64,000 nt of DNA from Paramecium tetraurelia (lineage: Eukaryota): positions 1-64,000 of the forward strand of contig CT868141.1 of assembly GCA_000165425.1 (NCBI GenBank). Direction: 5' to 3'. The position numbers and the translations under genes are program-made. The stretch's first letter is position 1, and the number at the start of each line of letters is the position of its first letter. Of this stretch, positions 53,281 to 64,000 are shown one piece after another. The notes beneath the pieces were generated by a model that searched no databases, was not told where the DNA came from, and was given only the letters and a program-made list of their open reading frames with translations.

Positions 53281-55056
53281 ATGCAAAATAATCAATTTTC
53301 TATTGTTTTCTGGAGAAAAGTGAGAGAAGATATGAGAATGGAAATTCTCTTAGAAAAAAAGCCATTGAAGCAATTTAAATTATATGAATTGACTGAAGAT
53401 GAAATGAATATCAATTTAGATTAAGTTACACAATGGTAATTAATGAGTGAAAATGTAGGTCCCCAGATAATGAAAAGATTTACAAAAACATCTCTGAAAA
53501 TGGATTTGCTGATTTTATTTGCAATAAGGAATATATGATCGAAACATATACCAATATAGTATTTGATTCTGAAGATATAACATTGATGGATAATCAATTG
53601 TTACAATTCAAAAACTTGTAATTATTACGATTAAATCATAACAAAATTGAAACTGTCCAACATTTACCCCAATAATTATTGGAATTGCATCTCTTCAATA
53701 ATCCAATTACAACATTGAATTTATTAAAACATAACCTTCAGTACTTGGGCTTAGGATATTGCTTATTGAATGATGATGCAATACAAACTATTCCTAAATT
53801 CTTACCCTAATTAATCGGCTTGGATTTGGCTCACAATTAACTTTGTGATTTAGAATATTCAGTAGAAGCATGTAAAAAAATATCCAATTTAAAAATGCTT
53901 TCCCTCTATGGCAATCCATTAGTGCTAATGCCTTAATACTTTATATATATAGTTGATAACCTATTAAATTTGAGAAATTTTGATGAATAGAGTTTTCTAG
54001 AGATTAAAAATAGGTTGGAATAAGCAGAAAAGGAAAAATAAGCCAAAAAATAGGAAGCCTTGAGGAAGCAATAGGAGGAATTAGAACTATAACAAAAACT
54101 ATTAGCTGATAAAAATAAAAAAGGTGGAAAACCAGGTAAGCAACCTGACCCAGTTGTAGTTCCATAACCTTAAGTTATAATACCAATTGATGAACCTAAA
54201 ATCAATTTAAATGAATTGAGATAATTCAAGATTTCCTTAAAAATATAAACTTTAGAGAATCTAGAAGGAATTCTATTGGATAAGTATACTTACCCTCTGA
54301 TGGAACAAAATAATAAATTGTTTTAAAGTAAATATGTTATTTCAACTAATTTATTTGGAGTTGAATTAAAGACTAAGGAAGTATTATATGAAACAGCAAC
54401 AATTGAGAATGAAATAGGCAGAATAGATTTTGAATTTTCATTTGAACAATTTTATAACCCTGAAGTTGACATTAGGGATGCAGTAGAGTAGGGCTTTTTA
54501 GTTTCAGTATCAGTTGAGGAACCAAAAATGTATATAGTATAAATTAAGATTAATTGTATAGGCAGAAGATGGAGAAAAGAAGCCAGTCTTGGGCTAAGAT
54601 GAATTACCTGAATAATAGATAAGAGTCTTGGGAGTGTGTAAAATTACTTGTGATTGGCTAAGAGGTTACAATAAATAATTTAATAAAAAATATCGAATAT
54701 TTAAGGAAGAAACGAAAACTTCGGCTGAACATTGGTTTCCCTTAGAAAATGAATAGGAACTTGTATAGGCTAAGATGGAGATGATTTAGAAAGAAAAGGA
54801 TGCGGAGTTAGAGGAGAGGAAAGCTTAACAAGCGTTAATTGATTAAAAGAAAGAGCAAAGTAAGGGGAAGGGAAAGGATGTTAAAAAGAAGGATGATAAA
54901 AAAAATGTAAAGAAAGGGAAAGATGAACCTGTATAAAAGGTAATAGGATAATTGGATTGGGAAGTGGATGGTAGATAATATATATATGTAAATGAAAAGA
55001 AAGTACACAGAGCTACAGATATGTTATTGGCAATTGCCTTAGATTTAGGATATTGA
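53281..55056 (+). CDS. Leucine-rich repeat protein, LRRC43-like
   Basis: LRLNHNKI, LELHLFNNPI, LIGLDLAHNQLCDL and LKMLSLYGNPLVLMPQYFIYIVDNL, with K-rich KDVKKKDDKK segments. Introns are present. Confidence 0.75.
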
Positions 55057-55173
55057 TTTTCTTTGTCTTACATAATATAACACGGCCTAATTAAATTTTA
55101 AATTTAACAATAAAACAAGATGTTTATACTAAACCTAAATTTACAAATAGAGAATTAAACCAAAATTGTATAT

Positions 55174-55854
55174 TCATTCCATACTTCCCTTTCTAGTTTA
55201 TTCTGGATTCTTCAATAGAGGAATGACTATCTTAGGGCCTTCTTGGAATTTCTTGCATGTGGCTGCTTCTTTCAATTTCTCTTAATAGATTTTCTCAGCT
55301 AAGTATCTAATGATAAAAAATGTAAGAGGATATATACATATGTAAACAACAATTTCTAGGTTTTGATTTCTTTGTCTTTTATTTGTTATATTCAATCAAA
55401 TTCAAATATACTTATTTCTAAGCATTTCTGAGTATTTGCTATTTCAATTTCAGATCCCTGCAATAGGAAAATGGTAATTACCTGAGAATCAAATGAACAT
55501 TGAAAATGTAAGGTTCTACTTGGGAATTTTCTAAATTTTTCGTTTGATGTCTCATAGGTTTAACTAATTTCTCTGCTTAATTTTTATTGTAAGAGATGAT
55601 TTCGGAAACATTTTGATCTGGATTCTCTGGCATTCGAAAGGTGATTTGATTTGTTTCTATATTAAGGTGCAGAAATCTTTATACTTCTTCGCGCTTTTGC
55701 TTATTTTAGAAATTTAGCAGTTCTACTTTCTTTGGATTTGGCAGCATAAACTAAATTACTATTGATAATCATTACATTCATTTATGTCTTGAACTAAATC
55801 GTAAAAGTTAGTAACAAACTCTTGATATTCTGAATCGCTGTCTTGAGAACTCAT
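55174..55854 (-). CDS. Hypothetical protein
   Basis: MSSQDSDSEYQEFVTNFYDLVQDINE ... TRKGSME*, with several tiny introns. Confidence 0.6.
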
Positions 55855-56507
55855 ATATATAAATTTAATTTAATATATAGTTCATAAATATGAATATCAT
55901 TATCTAATCTTTTTTAATGGATTTGAATAATAATATCCAAGATTCTACAATGCCAATTATTAACCGTATGATTCGTCATTTAAAACCAAAAATTTGGAAA
56001 TATTACATCATCAAAAATCATTAATCTAGATATACTCAAGAGCTGAAAAAAACAGCAATCATATTCCGTCTTTTAAGAAGAAAAATATTGATTATTGCCA
56101 TAAAATAATTTAAAAAGAATAATTTATATAAATTAACAGATAAATTTCTATTCATTAATTTTATTAATGCAATTATAAAAGAAATAAATAATTTTGATTT
56201 CGATTAACCTATGATCAATTGGGTTTGTATCTGATTGAAAAGTCTTATGGATATGAGGAGAATAAACCAAATTTTTAGAACAAGATAGTGTATATCTTTT
56301 CAAATTACACAATAGAATTTTTGATATTTTGTCTATAAATTTCTATTAGTCTAAGTATGTTGTGGTTTGATTAAAAAATTCCAATTTGATTTATTATCAT
56401 AAATCTGAATTAATAGTAAACAGTTATTCATCTTTAATTTGATATTTTCCAAATCATTAAATAAATCACTTTTTCTTTAAATATAATAATTTGAGTCGAC
56501 AACGAAG

Positions 56508-57505
56508 ATGGAATATATAGTTACATAGATTGAGTATTTTACAAAATATCTTGAATCAAAATGGATCAGAAGTGCTCCTATTTTCTATGTAATGACAGGA
56601 ATACTACTTAGTTCTATAAATTCCTTGTTAAGTAAAACTTTGGGAATGAATGCAAACCAAATAGTGTTTGGGAGAGGGATAATTGTGTGTATAATTGGAA
56701 AATTAGTTACACAATAGTAAAATATAAATTTATATGGGTTTGATGCTGGAATTTATTAGAAGCTGCTCCTCAGAAGTCTTATAGGATGCTTTGCTACTCT
56801 GTTATTCTATACAGGATTGTTTTATGTGAATATTTCTGAAGCCTAAGTACTAATGTAAACTACATCATTTTGGACTACTATCTTGGGCATATATATTTTA
56901 AAAACAGAATAATTTTCATGGAGACTGGTGCTTAATTTTTTGTTTTGCTTTATGGGCATTATCTTATTAGTGCAACCTCCATTTTTAAGGAAATTAGCGG
57001 GTGAGTATGAAATTGCAGATGAAAAACAAAATTAATTTTTGGGATGTTTAATTTTGCTCCTGTCTTCAATGTTATTTTCTCTTGTTTAAGTGCTGATAAA
57101 AAACTTATCACATAATGTACTAAAATCACGTAATATCAATAGGTCAATCAATTGGTGATACCACAATATTTTAGTATAACTTCAATCATTTTTTCCTCGT
57201 TTTTGGCTACGTGCAATCCAGATATGATATGGAGAGTACCAAGTGTAGGCGATTTGATTAAATTGTGCTTGATTGGAATAGTTTCATATTTATAATAATT
57301 ATTGATGAATAGAGCTTATATGAAAGGGAATTTAACAGAGATGGCAATGCTTGGTCAAACCTAATTAATATACGGCTACTTATTTGATATATTGAGAGGT
57401 GCTCATATATCATTTCTTAGTATCTGTGGGTCAATTTTAATAGCAAGTTCTATATGTAAAAGAATATTGGAGAAGAATAAAGTTTAGGATCAACTTTCTA
57501 AATGA
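56508..57505 (+). CDS. EamA/DMT family (SLC35G-like) membrane transporter
   Basis: QIVFGRG, LLLRSLIG, ISEAQVLMQTTSFWTTILGIYILKTE and GIILLVQPPFL, about 10 TM. One intron near 57116. Confidence 0.88.
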
Positions 57506-57644
57506 TTTGAATAATATTTATTTAATGATTATATTTGCATAAATAAAATTAATTTATGGTGTAATTAAAGATTTTCATAATGTTTAATGAAGTATTTATC
57601 TTACAAAAATATTGTTGTAAAAAAATGATATAGAATTGAAAATT

Positions 57645-59097
57645 TCATGAGGGTACATTTTGAAAGTCTTCAATAATAAAGTCTTATTTGGGAATTTCCT
57701 AACTTAATCTTAGACTGAATGAAAGTTTGAACGATTTATGCAAGCTTGAATGCTTATGATCTTCATTGCAATGGAAACTGTTTTCCAATTCATATTTCAG
57801 GAATTTATTAGGGAATTGATAAGGTGCATTAGCATAATCTATAGAGTGTTCGACTTCAAAATCATCTTAATCATATTGAAAAGTTGTGAATTAGGAGAAT
57901 TGCAATTCCTGAGTCATTTGGGTAATGTTCATGATTATCAATGCCTCCTCTGATGATAACCTCTTGATTGGGTTTGATTCAAGTAGTCCAAACAAAAGAT
58001 TATTCAATTCATTAGAGTATCCAGAAATAGAGAATTTAGGCAATTGACATTTTCGATTAAGAGAAAGTAATTCTTTGGTGTGTTCTGAATCGAAGAGTGA
58101 CTTCCTAGTCATCCTAAGAATAATTAAAAATTGGTGTAATACATTCTGTAGAGCATAACACCAATGCCAAACATGTCAACTTTTGATGTGAATCGAAATT
58201 ATCCCTAACTGGATTCTTTGTATTGAAGGATTTCAGGTGCTATGTACCCTGGGGTTCCACAGATGGCAAAAGGTGTGAATACTGTGGAGGAGATGGCCAA
58301 ACCAAAATCAATAATCTTCAAATTTTGAACACATTGTTTAGTGGATAATACAATATTTTCCAATTTGATATCTCTATGAATGTAGTTATTTGAATGAATG
58401 TATTGAATTCCTTGAAGTAGTTACTAAATTATGAAATATGAATTACTGCCAAGATGGTGCGAATCATCTCTTCAGAGAGAGGTTTTGATTGTGATTTGAG
58501 GAATTTGTGAAGTGTGTCTCCTTGGAGATATTCAAAAATTAGATAATAGGTAGACTCACCTTCAAATATATCGAGCAATTAAATCACATTTTGATGATTC
58601 AACAAAGATCTTAGGATGGTAATTTCACTTATAAGTCGATTTAAACGATCTGGAGTCTTCTTTTTAGTGATGTAATCTTTGCTTATACATTTTGCAGCAT
58701 ATTTAACTTTACTCTAATCCAATATAGTGATGACTTTGCTGGAAGCTCCTGATCCAATTAACTCAGATGACTGATAAAAACTGGATATACTGTGATTATA
58801 TATTTTATTAGTAAGCAATTGCTTTATTTTCTAAAAATTCTCATGCTTACCTGCAAACCATTTTGTGTTACTATTGTATTTGATTCCAAATTCGATGATC
58901 TCTTGTTTCTCATTTAATTTCCAACTTATGCGATTAGTTAGATTTAAAGCTATCTCGTATTTCGCTGGGTGCCTATTCTTAAGATTAATGTAGATGAATA
59001 CTTCTTGCCCAATTAAGATTCGATCCTCATAGAGTTGTAGTTAATAATATTTGTCTATGAGTAGGTGTTTCCTAATAACTTGACATTCGAACATCAT
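57645..59097 (-). CDS. Ser/Thr protein kinase (CAMK-like) with PH-like N-terminus
   Basis: IGSGASSKV, YAAKCI, YIHRDIKLENI, IIDFGLA, CGTPGYIAPE and KVDMFGIGV. Confidence 0.93.
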
Positions 59098-59139
59098 ATG
59101 AACTATAAATATATATTAGAATTAAATAATCAAAATAAA

Positions 59140-61787
59140 TCAAAACTATCTTCTCATTGGTTATCCATATTGGCCATCTTATTGATTAGGCATTTATTAA
59201 CCCATATTCCTCGGCCCCAACAGCATATTGTTATGTCTCTCCTCCCTTTACCTCTGCATTTAATCATAATTTTCTTTAGCCCGTTTTGCATTTTCGCTGC
59301 TCTCGGCAATCTTATTCGTGAGCTCCTCTATCTCTTATGATATCTATTCTTCTCTTTGTTTATTTAATTAAATTATTTTATTCACTCTATCTCTCTTAAT
59401 CGCAAGAGAATTGTTGATTGACTCCCTCCTTTTTTTCAGTTCCTCCTTCCTTTTGGCCTCCTTGTCGTTTCTGTAATTTTGCAGAATATTGCAAACCTTC
59501 TCACACCAACCCTCGACCATCTATTGAAGCGTTGAGACATATTGTCGTTCTGCGTCAAAACTATCAATATACATAATTTAAATACAAAGCTGCCATTTCT
59601 CTACCACTATAGATGGGATATAACATCGGTTCATCTATCCTCTCATCCTTGGAATTGGCCTTCTACTTTGCTTCTTCTAACTTGGCTTTTTCCTCTTCTG
59701 TTGCTTCAAAACCCTCAAGTTGGTAATACATATCTTTCTTCTCTTTCACCACATTTTCTATAGGCAAATCCTTTGTATTATTCGGTTAGATGGCAGTTGC
59801 TCCTCTAATATACAATAAAAAGATCTCATAAACAACAGAGGTTAAGGTCTTTATATTGATTTTGGTTTGGTCAGTGACGTTGGCCTTTTAAGCCAGATAT
59901 TGTGCTTTACTTAAAAACCTATATAATAAGATCTTCACTATCATTGAAACCACAATCATCATGAATTACTTCTTTTGTTCCATATTTTTCAAAGATCCAT
60001 GATATGTGAAATTCAATCTATTGATTTCGAACTTTAAATGTTAACTGTCCATTAGATATGCATATTCGCATGTGATGCTGTTCAAGTAAATTAACATATT
60101 CTCTGTAAAATCAGTTTCATTAGCATTATCAGTCACACCATCAAATACTTTTTTCAATAGCTCCTTTAATTTTTTGATATTCTGATTCATTTGATTGGGT
60201 GAAATCTTCTGCTTAGGTTTTGGGACTACCTAAATATTTAAATTGGGTAGAAGGAGCTCATCAATAGTAGTTTTCAACACTCTAACAAATAAATTTTGAG
60301 AATCATCCATGAACTTTTGGAGAATCTCAGGTCCCTCCTTATTAACATACTGTTTCTTGGCTTAAATTATCTTTTTCATATCCCAGTATTTCCAAACATA
60401 AAAAAATAGCATTATGAAGCGCAAATATAATTTCTTCTTTCCTCGATTTCTGATATTAGAAATAAAATAATACTTTATTAGTTTTTTTAATTGGATTTCG
60501 TCATCTTTAGGATCGTAAGTGGGAGGTGGTGGAATTGGCCTTGGTTTTAGTACTCTTGGCTTTTATATTATTCTAGGTTCTGGATCGCTTTCTTCACTTG
60601 TAAACGAATCCACTTCTGCTTGATCATTAATAATTTCCTCCAAATCTAGTTATTTCTTATTCTTTTTGTTCTTCTTTCTCTGATTTGTTATTTTCTTAAA
60701 TTTAAATTGTTTTTATTACAAGTTGCTTTAACATTCTCAACATTTACAATGTTTACTACTTTGATTTTTATTTTTCAGGATAGGGCATCGTTGGAAATTA
60801 TTGTTAATATAAATTCTATTATTAAAAATAAGGTTGATACTAATAACCTGGAGGAGGTTTAAATTATTAACCTTATCTCATATGAGGAGGTACTTCATCG
60901 TACATATCATTATAAAAGGCATCCTAAGCATTCTAAGCCTCCAATTTCTTCATTCTCTCCAAAAGCTTCTGCTTTTCATCCTAACTCTCCTTCTCCCTCT
61001 ATGTTGCCATGTTTTTTGTTAACTTTTCCAGTACTTCATTTTATCTCGCAATGTAATCAATTATCCTATTTTTTGGTTGTTCTTGCAATTCAGGAGGTTG
61101 TTGAGTTGTTTAATTCACAGTCACACCCATCTGTCCATTAATTAGCAACTTCTCTTAATTTTTGATCTAATGGTTTGGTGTATTAAATTATTGCTAATTG
61201 AATGGAAGTTATGGTGGTTATAGAGGAAATTATTGTTATTGCATAGGGAATTACTATTATTAAAAAGGGAGTTATGGTTATTGCATTGGGAATTATGGTT
61301 ATTGGAAAGGAAATTATGGCTACTGCATAGGGAATTACGGTTATTGCATAGGAAATTGTGGTTATTGCATAGGAAATTGTTAAGGCATAGGCATTATTGG
61401 CATAGATCTTTAATCCCTTGGCTATGAGTTTGGCATGAGGGGATCGAATGGACTCATTCCAAAAGGTTACCCTAGTAACTATTAACCAAAATTGGCTAAA
61501 CTATTGGTAGTTGTCATTGATTATTATGTTGTATTAGGAGAACCCAAAAACTAATCTAGACCCTCTAGACCACTTCTTTTATCTCCTTTATTCATGCTGC
61601 CAATGAGTAACAAATTCATCATATCCAACTCTCTTGACCTTGGTCTTCTATTTGTCGTTTCGCCTGGTCTAACTAATTAATCGTAATCATTCATAAAAGA
61701 ATTTAGTTATGAAGGTGGAGATACCATTTGCATTGCAGGATTATTGAAACTTTGTTGACCAGCATTTTAAAATGGTGTTTGTCTCAT
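59140..61787 (-). CDS. Hypothetical protein with Q/P/F/M low-complexity N-terminal repeats
   Basis: MRQTPFQNAGQQSFNNPAMQM..., a (QQPQFPM)n tract, PPPYPPPGYY, and the end DGQYGQPMRRQF*. Several introns. Confidence 0.75.
61210..61383 (-). repeat. 21-bp coding minisatellite, about 8 copies (QQPQFPM)
   Basis: Unit approximately ggttattgcatagg(g/a)aatt(a/g)t on the + strand. Confidence 0.9.
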
Positions 61788-61981
61788 TAAATTTAGAATA
61801 TTATAAGTTATATATATTACTAAATATAAATATACACTTGTACTATTCATTTTTATTTTTGATCAATCTTATGATTTTTTGAATTGCTCCATTTATCTTT
61901 AAATTATTGGAAAAACTCTATGATAAGTATATATAAATTCTTTTCCTTAAGTACTTTTTTGGATTGTGAGTATAATGTATT

Positions 61982-63423
61982 ATGAATGATAAATTAAATT
62001 ATTAAATGGAATTAGAGAAAACTTTATATAGGGTTCAAGAACGAATTTTGACTCATTAATATGTTCCTTAATTCACAAATATTTGCAGCACGATTTTGCT
62101 AAGTATGGCATCAATAAATTTGCTTATACTTTGGGGATTGAGTACCAGGAATATTAATTAAGTCGAATTTGATCAAAATCATAGGGATTATCTCTACCAT
62201 TATACAATAGTTGATGGTGATAACACATTGCTAACAATGAAATATTCAAGCACCCCTGAATTATTGCACTTAAAAACAGAACTACTTTAATAGCACAATT
62301 TCACAATTATCAACATTAATGTAGATTACAATAGTTTTTTTGAGAGTCACCTTTAAGCATTGCTTTCTTAAGCAACTAATTTAGAAACTGTATTCTTGCA
62401 TGATGTTGCCTACTCAATAAATTCAAATATTTATGTGAAAAATAATTCTACAAATCAAACTTTCCATTGGAGATAAAAGTAAGATGTAGCTCAAAATTAC
62501 ACTCAAAAAGTGTCTCAAAACTTATGGGAATTTGTTGTCATCACTTTAGGGTTGTTCATCTCCTCAGCTGTTTCATCACTCTATATTAAAATCACAATTA
62601 TTTGTGCTCCAGTCATCATCATCATTATGCGTAACATATTATTATCATTATCAATTCTAGTTGAAGTATCTTATCTCTTTGGAAATAGACAAATATTCCC
62701 AATATTTTTGGCACGAGCATTCCCCTGGATAGGACTATATTTAAATATTCTTGATAGAACACAACGCTCAAAGAAATAACTAATCATAGCTTTTACTTTA
62801 ATGCTATTCCTGATTTATTTCATTTACTTGTCCTCCATTTTTATTGGAAGCTACTTATTATTTAAAGCTCAAGTTCCATATGGGCTGGAAGATAATTTTT
62901 TTGGGTATCAATTAATTTAGATTTCTAAAGGTTAGTTACAGTCAATGAATTTGCCTCCTTATTGTTTTTGAGAACACGGACCTCTTTATACTTTGTACCA
63001 AAGTTCACTATCATATTCTATTACCTATTCCTGTGGTATGTTAGATCTACAAGTAAAATCACAACATTCATATTAGACTATGGTTTCTACTCACTTGCGA
63101 TGCTTTCACTATCTTATGCATGTTTCGGAACATTCTGCTTATTTATTTTCATCTATGAAATCCCTAGTTTAGGATGGAATCCTCTATCATTTTATACACC
63201 AACACTTGATAGGCCTCGCTGTTACTATTTACCAGTATTTTCAATGAATTGGGTTAATGAATTGCCATAACTGTGGACCATGTTTTACCCTTTGCATGGA
63301 AGAAGGTACATATTTATATATTTGATCAATAGATTTTTTCAAATTTAAAATTTAGCCTTAGTAGATCGAAACTTTCCACTTCTCAACAATCTCTTAGATA
63401 TTGAAATGCAAGAATAATAATGA
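61982..63423 (+). CDS. Membralin (TMEM259)-like ER membrane protein
   Basis: EFASLLFLRTRTSLYFVPKFTIIFYYLFLWYVRST...YGFYSLAM resembles the membralin conserved core. Multiple tiny introns. Confidence 0.75.
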
Positions 63424-64000
63424 TATATATTAAAAGTCAATTAAATGCTTCTTATTTTAGTCTTAATTATCTTTTAATGGCATGTGTATAAATAAGGAGA
63501 ACTGATGAATTATTAGGTAGACATGCTTCGTTTCTTGGTTTCGTATTTTACTTGAGTTCTTATAATTTAGAATTATTATAATATTCATTTATTCATAAAT
63601 TATTTAAAAAAATATGGTGGCTTTGGTCTTTTATAATGTAATATTAATTAAGTCATACTCTAGCATAAGAAATTAAAGTTAATTGCTAAATACTTGATTC
63701 TTAAATAATATTGAGGTAGAATACAATGACATTGTATATGAAAAGAATTTAAAATGTTTTTGGTAGCGGTTTGATTATTGATATTGTTAATTTTTTGGAA
63801 AAAACGTTTATGTAAAACTTTTCTAAATTCCTAATAATTTTTTAAAATATTATTTATTATTCATATATTTTCTCATCAAATTAATTCATATTATCAAAAT
63901 AGATGATCCCTTAATACTAAATGCAAGAGGAATAATAATTATTATATATAGTTATTAAATTATTGATTAACTAATTAAATATTCAAATAAACAACTATTT

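Noticed and set aside
61233..61427. LLHRELW repeat ORF on +
   Set aside because: It is the antisense of the QQPQFPM coding repeat.
17711..63423. Retained IESs or transposase/PiggyMac-like genes
   Set aside because: The frame interruptions I examined in intact genes are explained by 22-30-nt GT..AG introns. No DDE/DDD transposase motifs or convincing TA-bounded insertions were recognised by eye.

Overview
AT-rich ciliate macronuclear DNA, almost certainly Paramecium (aurelia-type). The evidence is that genes read through TAA/TAG as Gln and stop only at TGA (translation table 6), introns are tiny (about 22-30 nt, GT..AG), and there is a TTTGGG/TTGGGG telomeric tract. The supplied ORF track uses the standard code, so it is mostly fragments or wrong frames; all gene models here were re-read by hand in code 6 and their boundaries are approximate. 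The window has two parts. (1) 1-17.6 kb is a gene-poor, subtelomere-like zone. It holds a giant Cys-rich multi-pass surface protein gene with two apparent frameshifts, a decayed WD40 gene running into a telomeric tract (9528-9628), a 150-N gap, about 4 kb of relic sequence, and an intact 1021-aa 6-Cys-repeat, probably GPI-anchored surface protein. (2) 17.7-63.4 kb is a gene-dense block: SYF1, eIF3a, PLRG1/PRL1, a CNBD K+ channel with a CCHC knuckle, DnaJ with a perfect HSE, NDUFS8, a PAS/TmcB-like membrane protein, a PHO84-like pseudogene, a MORN protein, FAHD1, LRR proteins, a Mei2-like RRM protein, an EamA transporter, a kinase, a Q/P-repeat protein and membralin. No CRISPR, rRNA or intact transposon was seen. 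The best candidates for new biology are the internal telomere/fragmentation site flanked by two surface-protein genes, and the 6-Cys-repeat surface protein itself.
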